DNA of 64,000 nucleotides from Raillietiella orientalis (lineage: Eukaryota): positions 310,001-374,000 of the forward strand of contig JAYWIR010000065.1 of NCBI GenBank assembly GCA_036172245.1, given 5' to 3'. The position numbers were made by a program, and so were the translations under genes. Of this stretch, positions 24,807-37,660 are shown one piece after another. The notes below the pieces were generated by a model. It did no database searches and had not been told where the DNA came from. It worked only from the letters and a program-made list of their open reading frames with translations. Each line of letters opens with the position of its first letter. Position 1 is the stretch's first letter.

Positions 24807-27800
24807 AAAGACAGGCACGTAGGGGTTACAGTTACAGGGACCCTGTTCTCTGAAATCCCCTGACTCGAGCATCATCCGAAAGATCCAAGAGTGAATAAAG
24901 AAAAAAAAAAAAGCAATGCGAACAAGGAGGAATTTTTGACCGTTTCGTCGATCTGTGAACTTCGTCGTTATTTGCAGCTCGCTCGCTCCGGACTTTTATG
25001 CACATCAAATGAACGTACGCATAGGAAGCTCCTTATACGATGAGTACTCTGGACGGAGATACGCAGGTTGGAAGTGAAGAAGGTGGACAAATTGGGACGG
25101 AAAGCAGAGTACAAACCTGCAATTAAGCAGATAAGTAGATCTTATAGCGATTGAGGATAAGCAGGAGACAGAATTCTTGGCGCCGGGGTCAGGGCAGCGT
25201 TAAATAAGGAAAAGTCTCCTGCTGTTTGTCCCGCGTATTCCTAGTCTGCCTGAAGTGCAGGGGCCACACCGACCACACTCATCCCTTTGCGGAGGTAAGG
25301 CCGACTTGATAGCGTCCTCGTCAAGGAGGCACGAAGTGTTCGGCTGTCCTCTGGGGCCGACGCTGCTCTACCGCTTGACGAACTGGATGCAGAAGAGGAT
25401 GGCCAGTCGCGAATTCCTTGGAACATAAACAATAGTCGCATAAGTCGCTGAGTGAAGTCTCCTGGATGCACCTGGGCTGTAGAGATGATCTGACATTCTC
25501 TGAGGAGCAGTTCGCGGTCAGGAGCAGGTGAGGAAGCGATCGACGTACCAGGGTCCCTGGTATCATGTGACCTGCAAACAAACAAGTTGAGGAGATAATT
25601 AAAGATACTTATCCGGCAAATGGAGGACATCAGGCAAGGGCATAATGCTCTTCAACATACGCAGCAGCAGGAAGATCTATTGTCGGTCAGGTGTTGGTCA
25701 CCAGTCGAGAATAAACTGTCGTGAGTCCAGAGCTTCGACTGAAGGATGAACTGGAGGGAACAGCCAGACAGTTAAGACAGCGGATAATCTTTTGGTCAGT
25801 ATCCGTGAGGATAAAGGGTGACGAGAAAGTGGGGAGAAGCATCCATCGTTTTCATGCCTTTACGAAACTTCTGCCGAAGCAGTAGAGGAAGGATGAAGGA
25901 TCGGCCCTTCAGATCGCCGACAGGGGAGTACCAGCATCCGTCAGAGCAATCGTCGTGGGATCTAAGAAACAACGAAATTGCAAAGCTAAAGATCCCTAAG
26001 CGATCGATAGTGCACATCAGGAAGGAAATGGTGTGTTCGAACATACGCTACTCCAGGGAAATCTACTGGAAGCTCCAGTCTGTGCCACCAGCTGAGATAA
26101 AGCAGCCCTCGTGAGACCGCGACCCCAAGCCGAGGATAAAATGGCGAGGACAGGGAGACTGTGAATACGGAGGAAAATTCTTAAACACTGGCACACCCCT
26201 CGTAGGACACAACTATGAGGAAATCTTTCGAGTGCTTCCTTGAGGACAGCCATCATATCTTCGAATGGGTAGCATGCGTCGAGTATTTGGGACACTTTCC
26301 TTTGTTTAGAAAGAGATCATTTCCCAGTGATTGATTGGTGCTCCGAGTGCAGCGGATTCGGCCATCTGAAGTGATGCACTGCAAGACGTGCAGGAAGACA
26401 CTCATGCAAAATAAAAATCAAGGTTTCGGACAGGTCTACCCTTGCAGAACGCTCTGGGAGTTTCTCAAGATGTCTTCACTGGAGTAGCCGATTCGGCACA
26501 AGATATCGTGATTAAGAAAATCACATCGTGCGACATGCATTTGAGTGACAAGAGTGACCAGGATCTTTCGCCCCGCTTACAAGCGTCCTCAAGAGAAACA
26601 CCCTGCTGATGTTTGTTTGTTTCCCAGCAGTAGAAATTTAAAAGCCTTCCCACTCACAGATGTTCACCGAGCATGAAAATGAAAATCTTCCGCCGACAAA
26701 GTCGCACGAATTACATGCAATGCAAGTGAAGGAAAACGAGACGGAAGTGCCAGCAGCAAATGGCTGTGTTTGATCTGGGAACCAGGTGAGTGTTGTGGAT
26801 CCTCGGAATGCCGGGACCCGATCCCATGAACTCATCTGGATTGCTTGAGACTTCAAGGGACGAATCCTCCAAGAGTCCCAATGATTTTCTGAGAAGCCCG
26901 GGAAGCGTGTGAATCAGGAAACCAGAGACCATTCCCTCTGTTAGTGCCACTTTCTCGGGTCTTTTTTGCTTCGCAAAAGGGATTCGGGTCGGTGAAAGCT
27001 GTCCAAATGAAGGAGATTGCTCTGTGCGAATACTTTTCGAAAAGGAAACTGTTACGATTTGCCAAGTGTCCTCAAGAGATTGCGTGCAAATAGAAAAGAC
27101 AGACAAGGTTGGATAGTACATTGGGCTCAGAAGCAGGAAACCTAGAGGAGACTTTCGAAATTTTAAACGACAGAGAGGAAAAAGCGGATCAGCAGAAACA
27201 GGGAACTGCTTACACGATGCAGAGCCTTTCCCTGTACAGGGAGTCGGACAAACGTAGGAATCATGGTTTTACTAAGGCATACAAGCTGAGGAGCTGAATA
27301 TGGTTTTACTTCACAATTTCCACCAGTTAGAGACCCTTGCAGCCATCGAGGTCTGAAAACACATAAGCAATAATCATTTGTTTTCGTGATGCTTTTTTTA
27401 ATTTTGCAATGAAGATATATATACATTTGCTATTCCTCCGTGATGTATGGATCGAAAAACGGAGCACATAGGAGAGCAAGAGGTGCACGGAACATGCAAG
27501 GAGTCCCATGCATGCATTGCGACAGGTAATCCGTACTTACATCTCAATACGCGTATACCTTATGGTATTTAATGAATACACGTTATAGTGTACAATACAT
27601 AAAGCCCAAGTCCACCTTTGTCACGTCTCACAGACGTACTTAGTTACCTTTAGAAACACATCAGTGACTTCGATTACTCCATAACATGCGCCCATCAATG
27701 TATTATCAAGAAAAAGAGACTTGGATCGTAAGCAGTAACTGCTTGTGATCTCTCGATGAGTCAATTCGAGCTAGAGATTGAGATCATCCGCGACACTCAT

Positions 27801-29051
27801 TTGCGTGGAAACTAAGGGTGATGTTGATATTATAGTACATGAAATGGGCATGAGAGCACTCAACAGCTCTATGCCTCACATGAAGCAGTCAGACTTGTCT
27901 CGGTGGTTTCTATGAATGAAAAGGGATGGCACTTCTTGTTCGACTTCGCGGGCTTTCCATGAGGGAGAAGGTGGGAACGACGGAAAGGCGAGCACTTGGT
28001 TTTACTCTGATTGCAGGCATGTGGGGAGTTTTAGTAGAAACGAGCCCGCTGCTGTCACCATCACCAGAGTGACGAGCGAGATAGGTTCCATGAATGATGA
28101 GCATCTGAAAATTCCGGTTCCATGATAAACACGGATCGTGTCGAGTCTTGTGAGAAAACGTGTGGTGATCTTTCTCGGCTCCTCGGAGAGTATAGCTTCA
28201 ACGGAGTCGAGAAAGGTTGGCCACATCTCTGAGACTGATGAGCACGGTCGCTTCCCCGGGGTGATATTCGAAATTCAGGATTCCTTGAGCGTGTCTGTCG
28301 AAAATTTTCTCGAGGAGCAGAGCAAGCGGGGAACGTCCGATTAAAGCGAAGGATTTGGGCTTCCCACCTTGGAGTTAGCTTGTTTTCAATAGATCGTCAA
28401 CATCAGTTCAGGGCAAAATAGTCTCCTGCTATTGCTCGAAGTCGAGAGGTGCTTGTGAGGAAAGAGATGGGAAACTCAGCTAAAGGAGCACCTCGAAAAG
28501 AAGATGTAGAAAAATAACTCATAAAGCCATGACTTGGAGCACTGAAAAACACAAAAAGCGCAGATGACGATGCCCAAAGCTCCGTTCACAATGGGAATCG
28601 ATTCCGAAGCCTTAATTTCTCGGTCAGTTTCACTTCCTCCGAGGTTCGTCCTCTTTCCTCGCTTACCGATTGAGAGCCACCCGCGGCCGTTCTTGTTGAA
28701 GTTCGGTTCTTTTGGCCCCACTCCCTATTTCGTGGACTAATTTCCAAGAGATTCCTCTGTTCAATCTAGGCGTTTGCAATGAACAGCTGGAGAGAACGAG
28801 AGGGCATACGTCCGCTAAATGGACAGCATCTTTCGCCATTCTCTGTAGGGTTGCGAAATACCTTCAGGGAAGCAAAAATTTATGAAGGGGTCTAACTTTT
28901 CTTAATAACATACTGTTCACTTTAGAAAAAGAATGAATCTGTGCTTATTACAGTGTGCAAGGAGCTAGTCTCCATTACATTACATTTCAGAATGCATAAT
29001 GATTCGTGAGAAATAAAACATGCAAAAATAAATCATTGTGAATCATTTCAG

Positions 29052-29333
29052 TAAACAAAGCCAAAATCTTAGGACGTTCAGAAATATTCTTGAAAAATGG
29101 AAATCTCATCAATATCACTTGTGTCTATAGCGATCGACCAGTGCAGTTAGACAGAGTAAGATGGCTCCATAACGAGGTAGCATTGAAAAAAAAGTCCATA
29201 AAGTATCTGATAGAAGGCAATGAATCATTTTCACGTTTAATAATTCCTGATGCATCTTATGAAGCTAATGGAAATTACACTTGTTTCCCTGACAACGGTG
29301 CTCCAGCTACCGTAGATGTGCATGTCTTGAACG
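29052..29333 (+). CDS. Dpr-like Ig superfamily protein, internal exon (Ig2)
   Basis: ATTTCAG acceptor (phase 1, in frame with 18611) and AACG|GTGAGT donor (phase 1). Translates to (V)NKAKILGRSEIFLKNGNLINITCVY...VRWLHN...SRLIIPDASYEANGNYTCFPDNGAPATVDVHVLN, matching the Dpr Ig2 pattern AxILG..I..G..INxTC...W.HN...SxLxI...GNYTCxPxN..PAxVxVHVLN. Confidence 0.9.
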
Positions 29334-32300
29334 GTGAGTACCAACAACAAATCAATTTTAACTTTCGACGAGCCGCTTTCGCAAAATAGTGCACAAATGT
29401 GTTTCCTGATTCGTATCAATTTTCTAATGATGATGAATGATGATAGAATCCAGTGTTCCAACGAACCTTCAAAGGAACGAACGAGGCTCTGACCATCACT
29501 GACAACATCGAAAAATTATTCCGTGTCTGTTCCAAAGCGTCATTGAATGACGAACAGTCTCATTCATTGGTGCGAGGGATGAAATGAGAATTCTCATAAC
29601 TTGGATGAATGCAAGAATCACAGAAGAATGTGAAAATTCACGCGTGAGAGAAGTGTAGAAAAGTATTTCAATGTACGTGGAGATGAGGATGGAAAACTTC
29701 ATTGCTGCTCCTCGAATCAAACGATCAGGCCAGAGGATGCGTCCCAGATGCTAATTTGGTTGAGAGATCTTCAGCATCATGAATTTCGCATCCGCCCATG
29801 AAGATCGAGAAAAAATCACGGGATAAAGCACTTGAAGAAAGCATGTAAGTTCATGCAGAAGGAAAAATTCCAAAGCTATTATGATATTTAATAACAACAA
29901 AATGCTCGCCAATTATCCAACTATTAAACTGAATGCATGGAAACCGTAAAGTAGAAACCACTGGTCACAAAATGTGTGTCCATCAACTTAGTTTGAGTGA
30001 TTCATAGTTTCTCAGGAGCGCAGTCACTACTTTAGCAATAGTATTTCAGAAGTTCGAACCGTTTCGAGACAGAGGAAGGAGATATCACGAAACTGGGAAT
30101 AAAAGGCGTTATCTTGAGATGGGAAGAAACAGCAAGAGACAAGCAGGCCAAGGGATCGGAAACTCGAAAGAACACTTTGAACAGAAAATCCTACCTGCAG
30201 GATTTGCTGAAGAGAGAAATCACACCAGGAAAACACCTTGAGAAATTTCCTGGTCATCAAGATTATGAGGAGAATCAGAACATTACAAGCACGGCGTCGA
30301 ATCTTTAAAACGAGAAGAAAACCTGCGTGCAGTCTGCTTCTCTCATTACCCCTTTTCATCCAAAGTGAGAGTAAAAGACTCTAAGAGGAAGAACACTTAG
30401 GAGCTGCTCCAAAACGTGTCGGCCTCCCTTTCCTTTTTTTAATATTGAAAAAAAACTTCCACAGCTTCCACATACATGAATGTACCAAAGCAAAGCGCAT
30501 CCATCCAAGGCTCTTTATCATCGGCGTGGCACACCATCCCTGACACTGTTCCATCTTGAAACTTCTATCCCCGTCATCCTGAACATGAACCTAATAGTGA
30601 TCAATGGATGGATGGGTTAATAATGGATGGATTAACCCTCTAAACTTATATATGTTCAACACAGTTGTTTCCCAAGGACAAGCTCTCATTTAGTGTTTCA
30701 GAAGACTTTCAGCTGAACTGGGAGTGTTCCCTAGTGGAAGATAGGTGTGAAAAAAAAATGCCTTGACTTCAGTGGTTGATGGCATTGATTTAGTGTCTAT
30801 GAAACGTCAAAAACAGATCTCATCAGACCTGATGGGGTGTTTCGTCGATTCCATAATGTGGTCCTTTGGCTAGGTATCTTTATAAATTATCGAATCCTCT
30901 GTTGAGACCACGTGAAGAGCGTGAATTGCACAGCCGCAATGGAGCAATGAGGGGTGACCCCCAAACTTTCGAAGATTTCACAGCCAGGTCTGGATGAGGT
31001 CATCGAAAGTGAACTGGTTGCAAACCCTTTCTCTACACGCTGCAAGAGATTCCAAAGTGCTTTCCGGACTTGAATTCTGGAGTATGCTTTTTCAGAGAAT
31101 CAGTTTTCTCTGCTTCGCTCTCTTCTCAGGCCCCTCGAGAAATTCCATCCTCTCGGTCGTTATCAGCGGTTTCTAAAGGATGTTAAATTGACTGGAGCCA
31201 CATTTGCACACCTTGAGAAAGCTGCTTCTTTCGCTATTCCCGCTGAACTTGCCTCGGTTTACCGATGCTCACCGGTTTCCGGAGGAAAATTCGATTTCCT
31301 TCACCCTCTCCCCTTCATTTCCTCGATCCCATCCTGTCTTACTTTCTCAGTTCCTTCCTGACACTGATCTGCAGTCCAGCTCATTGGCTCCAATCACAGG
31401 GGGCAGGTTTGCTGATTTGAATCAGTGAGCGTGGATTCCTGCAAGTCGTCTCTCTTGAGCCACAACATCCGAGAATCTGCTGATTTTCTCCCTGCTCGAC
31501 ATCCTTACCCGTTTCTGGAAGGAATGCTCAAAGGGATTCCTTTCTCTAGAAAGAATGTTACAGAGAAAGGAATTCGAGAAAACTGTGCGATGAAAATGCC
31601 AGTTCTTGTTGTGTTCTCCAGATAAGCATCCGGAAGCGATGCAGCAGAGTTGCTCCGTGAATTTTCCCGCAACTATCAAGGTTTTCCTCATGCATCGACT
31701 GTGGCTGGAGTTCCTTCACAGCTACCTGTGGTATAGGTCACTCTACGAGAACACTACCGAGAAATCTTCCCGTTTCTTATACCTGATTCTATTTTTGTAT
31801 GGAAAATAAAGTATTTTTTACATCCAAACTTGCGTGTGGCAAGCAATCTGATTTTTGTTTCAGTTGTCCAGTCAGGTGCAATGACTCAGCCATCTCTAAA
31901 AATAACAATGGTACTGGATCCAGAGAAATTTTGTACGATATTAGTGCTAATATTCTTAATGAACTTCTTCCTCACATGTAAAAAAGCGGGCACATGAGAT
32001 GGCGTGTGTACTTTCCTGAGTACATACACGTCCACTCACACCACGGGGTCTGCATGAAAAACAAAAAAAAACATAAAGTCCAGGTTACACTCTTTTCCCA
32101 GCCAGAGCTCATGAAAAAAAATGACCTTTGATGTGCGTTATTTGTAAATAATGTACATTGCTTTCTGGCCCATCACGACGTTGGTCCAGATATCACGATT
32201 GTAGATTCAAAATGGCTTCCGATAGTGCAATGCGTTAAAAACAATGGATGCAGAAGTTCAATATGGTTTAAGCCAAAGACCACACTGGCAATAAAAACAA

Positions 32301-33140
32301 GGCTAGACTCGGTGTCGAATCATGAAAGGTGATTAGGAGGCACGCTGACTTCAATGATGAGTCAGTGCAGCGATTTCTGTTCCTGAATTTGACATCTGAG
32401 ATTGCGCAAGACGCTGATGAACTCACTAGGGAAGGAATGAAGGGATCAGCATGCCAGCTGCAGGGACTGAGCACTCGAAATCAGGGAAAGAGGTAGGAAC
32501 GTGCGAGGCACACGATTGAGACATTCAAAAGTCCGTCCCGACACGGACACCGTAACACAGAGTCCAGAGGAAAAACACTGTCACTGATCTCCCAGCTCGA
32601 GATGATTTATTCCTCAGGAATTGTGTGCCTGGTGGTAGAGAGACGTGTTGGGCTAACTCTTGTTTAAGCCAAAAGCGAAATAAGAATCCTTCTGGAACAC
32701 CCATCTTAAATTTCCTGAGTGGCACCATACGAGCTCTCCACTCAAGAAATTTGAGACTACTTTTCAGAAGGGAAGGCAATGACAGCTGTTTATTGAGGTA
32801 AGCACAGGAATTCATAAGTACACTGTCACCTTCCAAAGTAACATAGGCACATGAGATCAGTTCGGGGACAGTGAGAATGCTCTTGTTCGAGAATAACGCA
32901 AGAAGTACCGGTAGCATACCTTAGATAAGGTATGTAAATGTGGCCATTTCGATTCGAACTCCCAGATCTTTGAGAAGATCTTTGGATAAGACAAAAGATC
33001 TGAGGCAAAACATATGTAATGATCCTGGAACTTGACTTCAGTCTACTCATGAAAAATCTAGCGATAATTATTCCTTTCGCCTAACAGAATGAAGAAGTAA
33101 TTTTTTTTTTTTTTTTGTCTGTCATAAAATTTTATTGCAG

Positions 33141-33614
33141 CTGATATAAGTCCTGGTCCACAAGATATTCGTCTTCCTCTAATAGAGGACCTATATCAAA
33201 TGTGGAATTTTCTAGAAATCTTGTTTGAATCGATGCACTCTGGAGTCTACAGCAAGTGCAGAAAGACAGCTCCTCCTTCAAATGCAAACTCTACCGTATC
33301 CATCAAAAGGAGATGGTCTTCAGGCAGTTCAGAATTCAATTAGTTGTCTTTCACTCCACGTACTCCCAGCAAACGAGCTGCCCATACGGAAGTCGGCAGT
33401 TCTGCTGCCGCACCACCTCTTCCCTCAGGTCAGCCTCCTTCTGGAGATCCTGCAGATTGGTCAACTGAAGAGGTAATTCAGTACATCCACTGTCAAGATG
33501 CAGCTTTGAATAGTTATGCTGCTTCATTTCGCCGCCATGAAATCGATGGCAAAGCATTACTGCTTGGCGAATAGTGATGTGATGATGAAATACATGGGTC
33601 TCAAATTGGGACCT
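33141..33614 (+). pseudogene. Scm: Decayed fragment of Polycomb group gene Sex comb on midleg (end of SLED/DUF3588 region, linker, SAM domain)
   Basis: One frame reads IRLPLIEDLYQMWNFLEILFE...[46 protein letters not shown], then after a frameshift near 33566 reads [15 protein letters not shown]. The Scm SAM domain is PxDWxxEEVIQYI...[33 protein letters not shown]. There is an in-frame TAG at 33341 and the last SAM helix is missing. Confidence 0.88.
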
Positions 33615-36396
33615 GTTCAATGCCCCAAGTAATTGGTGGTAGATTTTTCTTATGCTATGGTTTGAAAAAGCGGGATGCCCAAATAAAGCTTTGTAAACCC
33701 GTCCAAGGCTGTCTTGCTAACTGGCCTGTAGTTTTCGTTGTGTTCTACAAATGAAGGACAATGGCCGATGCTAGAAGTGAAGAATTAAATGACCAAAATA
33801 ACTTGGATCCTGAGTTATAATACAAATACTGCGATTAGTCTGAAAACTGGACGCGTAACAGACTTGATCCGTAGAAATTCTAGCATTAGCATCAGATTAG
33901 CGCTTGCTATATCTGCCTGCATCGTTTGATAACGTCAGTCATAATTTCGGTTGAAAAATATTCTCTTGATGAATTCCTAGAAAAGAAGCAACAAAATTTC
34001 AAAGTGTTCCAAACGGCTCGAAATAATTCCGTCCTCCTCATCGTCACAGTCATCATCGAGTGATGATTGTAAGTCGGAAACCTCTTTGTAGACATTGATC
34101 CTGCGAAGAATTGTGGTGCAGGACTGAAGGATCCCATCTGTTCATAAGAGAGGAGAAAAGGTGTTTCTGTACCTTTGTCATCGAGGTTCCTTTAAAGAAA
34201 CCTTGCGGGCAGCAAAGATGGAGGAAATTTTTCAAACATCACGCGACAACGAGCAAGGAGTCACTCCACCGCTTTAGGTGATCATGAAATACGGTCGATT
34301 TTCTGATCTCAGATGCAGACACACAGTTCTGGCTCAAAAGACATATCAACCAATGGACGGAACAGTCTTCCGTCCTTTTCAGACAAAAGAATCGTCAGTT
34401 TGCTTCAGCTCGTGCAAATGCAGTTCCTCATCTCTGGGGATTCCTCCGGCTACCGGCCGCAATTGCAGGTTTCGACTGCTAATTTGCAGACTCTCCAGCA
34501 CACGTCGATGTTTTGAATCTCAGCTGATTTCACAGACGCGCATCATCTTTTTTCCTATAGATTTTTCGGCGTCCCTAATGTGAACCATTTGGAGCGACCA
34601 AATTAAAAAAACCGACGTTCATTCATCTTCAGGGATAGTTTCTGTTTTGTGAAGTTCTCCAGTCCTTTGTATACTGGCCACTTTGTGCGTGCTCGTGTGA
34701 ATAATCCACGAGTTCAGTATCCGTTTCCTGCAAACATCCTTACTACAGAAAGAAAAAAAAAACGGTTTATTCAGCGATTCGCATTGAGGGCACCCAAAAC
34801 ACTTCCGAGTGTTTCTACATCAAAAAATTTTTCCCTGTCCGCAACTATCCAGGGAAGCTTTGCTCTTACTGACTGCTCTTCCCTTCTATTCCCTTCCGTG
34901 ATGTTTCCGTGAATGTGCACAGTGCGTTTTGACGTGAACTTCGAATTCCGAAGGCACGCCTAGGCGCTCATCTCTGACCCTCTTCCTCTTTTCTTTTCCT
35001 GCAGAGAGGCTGAATTCGTTTGCCTGCTGCCATCGTTCCACCTGTGATTGCTGACCAATAGACCGTCGCTTCTCTCACTGATAAGCGATTCCGCATCATG
35101 AATTCCTGTTCATCTGTGACTCCCGAAATCGATTAAGCTCTTTTCATTTAATCTGAGCTCTTTCCATCGCCATGAATTTCATAGAGTCCATCTCGAGCAT
35201 CCAGCCTGTCGTTTTGTATCCAGTGGCGTTCAGAACGCTTTCGAGTTCCAAGGTATCCTTTTGCCGTCGTGCTCTCTTAAGGTTTTCCGCGCCCTCTAAA
35301 CCCACCTAAGCGCCGCCGATTTTTTTTTTTTCTTAAGGTCGTTGAGGATCGAATAAGGATCTTTTCTGTCATTGGGAGTCCCATCACCGAGACGGGAGAT
35401 TTCTCAGCTGCAAAAGAATGTGTATCTGTCAGGTTGAGGGATGAACGTTTCTCTAGCATTCTTATTGGCGCTCAGTACATTTAGGCGATTAGAATTCGAC
35501 TCATTTGCAACTTTTATCCGTCCGTGTGAGGATTTCCTGCATGAATGGTTCCTTTGTCAGCTCTTCCCCTGGACGTGTGGTGTGTATTCTTCTCACACAC
35601 AAGTTCGTCTATCTGGAGAAACCGCAGTGCAAGATTTTACTCGTATGTCTAGCAATCCTTGGAAACACCTAAAAAAAAAGAAAAAAAAACCAAGCTTGGT
35701 GAAAGCATGAGCATTTCTCGTTTTGGAACGCTGAAAACGACGTCGTAAAATTCTTGGAATATCGTAAGCGAATCACAATTTTCCTTGTATTCGACTCGGC
35801 TCCACCCGATGATCTTCAGATTCTGTCTGTTGTACCTTTTTCGTCTGTTTATCTCTGGATAACAAATTAGCTCTCTAAACAACGTTTGCGCGCAGGATTT
35901 TTCAAGGACTTGTGTAAACAAAGTTTTGGTTTTATATGCACGTTTGAAGCATTCATCCCAGAACTCATTACTCACTTGACCTAAATGCGATGTCGCCAGC
36001 TGCATCAAAGAAGATAAGGTATTTTTTATTATCCTTTACATCAACCTGACAGTTACAGGTGGTACACTGGAATACCTTAACAGATCTTTTGGGTGGAACC
36101 ACATATACTTGTCTCTTTCATTATACACGCTATTCTGGCACTCTCTGTGCACTGAGGCCACTCCCAGTTGCCCCTTCAGTGTTATCAGCAGCCGATTATG
36201 AAGTCAGATCTGTAAATTTTCTTCTTCCAATTGCATTGTATGAGTCGATAATCCTTGTTGATTTACACGATAATAGGGACTAGTAGACTTCAAAAATGTT
36301 TCCCTCAGTGGATGTACATCTATCAATGTATCTCGTCTATCAAGCAATTAAAGCAATAGCTGTTTGAATATTCCCTGTTAATTGTGAGCTGATCAG

Positions 36397-37660
36397 GGAT
36401 GGGGGAAGAAGGCGGTTCAGGGATGAAGTCGCTCGCACATTCCATGGAAATCATGGATATGCGACACATCCTGGACATCGCTACTCACTGGGATGAATGG
36501 CCGTACGCGGCCCACAGAGCCTATGCGTTGTTGTTGAACAACTCGAAAGGCATGATGACTGCGCTGCTAGGCCGAACAGGAGAATGGAGAACCATCGACC
36601 CCACCTGGATAAGAAAACAAAGGCTAGTGCGAAAGCACAAGATAAAAATCGTGCCTAAAAGTAGGGAACTCTGGCAGGAGGAATCCATCCTGGTGATCCC
36701 ATGGATGCTTCCGGTCCCCCAAGACACGAGAAGCTGGATCTGCCAGCGGTCCAGAGTTACCCTACAACGCATCCAGGAGTTTAGAAGAGGAGTATACCCA
36801 CATCACACTCGTATACTTCGGTATATAGAGATGATGGTGAGCAGATTCACCCATATGACCCGCGAAGTGTGGATCTACCACAATGACCTCGCGTGGTCCA
36901 GGGTAACCAAGATGAACATCCGAAGAGTAATTAAAGATGAAGAACAAGACACCAGTGCCCTCCAAGAAGCCGCCGATAGCTACGGGAGTAACAGTTTGAA
37001 CCTGTTGGCGATTGGCACGACACTCTGGAGGAGTGACCTTCCGCCGGACACCCAGGACAACCTCCTGATGTTTTATCATGGAGGAATCCAGAGCGGTTCC
37101 AGGCTCAAGCACTTCACAGGGAGAAGGGAAGATGAAGACTGCACGGCATGTGGAGACATCGATACAAGACTTCACATCTTGACGTGTCCCACATTGCTAC
37201 GAGACTGGCTGATCCTGAAAAGGATCATAGGACACAACAACAAGTCTGTGATGGAAATCCTCGCCGGGATGTTTCAGGGAGATGGTAATGTTCCCTGTTA
37301 CAATCCCATGGTGAGGATGACCATTGCCCTCTTCATCACCGCCATACGTGTGCGGTGGTGGAATATGAGAAAAGCCAGAAGAACCAGAACCCCCATGGAG
37401 ATCCTACAAGGACTTATCCGCAGGGAGATTGGAATCAGGAACTGTGGACGACTCCAAGCCTGGACGTACTGATTCATCCTGAAGAGGATTGAGGACGACG
37501 CCCGGGACCAAACATCTGGAAACCCACCCCGAATGCAGAACTTTGAATATCCCAACGGACCTTCAAGTGAAGCGAAAGTGATTGTGCGAATGAAACTATA
37601 GTATGAATGTTTTAAAAATGCAAAAATAAATTCACCCCACCCCTTGTGGGACTTGGGGAA
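36397..37660 (+). mobile_element. 5'-truncated L1/Tx1-like non-LTR retrotransposon, family 2 (ORF2 C-terminus with CCHC zinc knuckle)
   Basis: Exact 17 bp TSD AATTGTGAGCTGATCAG (36380-36396 and 37661-37677). An uninterrupted 357 aa frame (36399-37472) starts at an EEGGxG motif and contains CTACGDIDTRLHILTCP. AATAAA at 37625 is followed by a GC hairpin. Confidence 0.9.

Noticed and set aside
35005..35062. Strong acceptor followed by PAAI, as the Dpr NGExPAAM exon
   Set aside because: The PAAI frame has a stop just after the acceptor and is out of phase with 29333.
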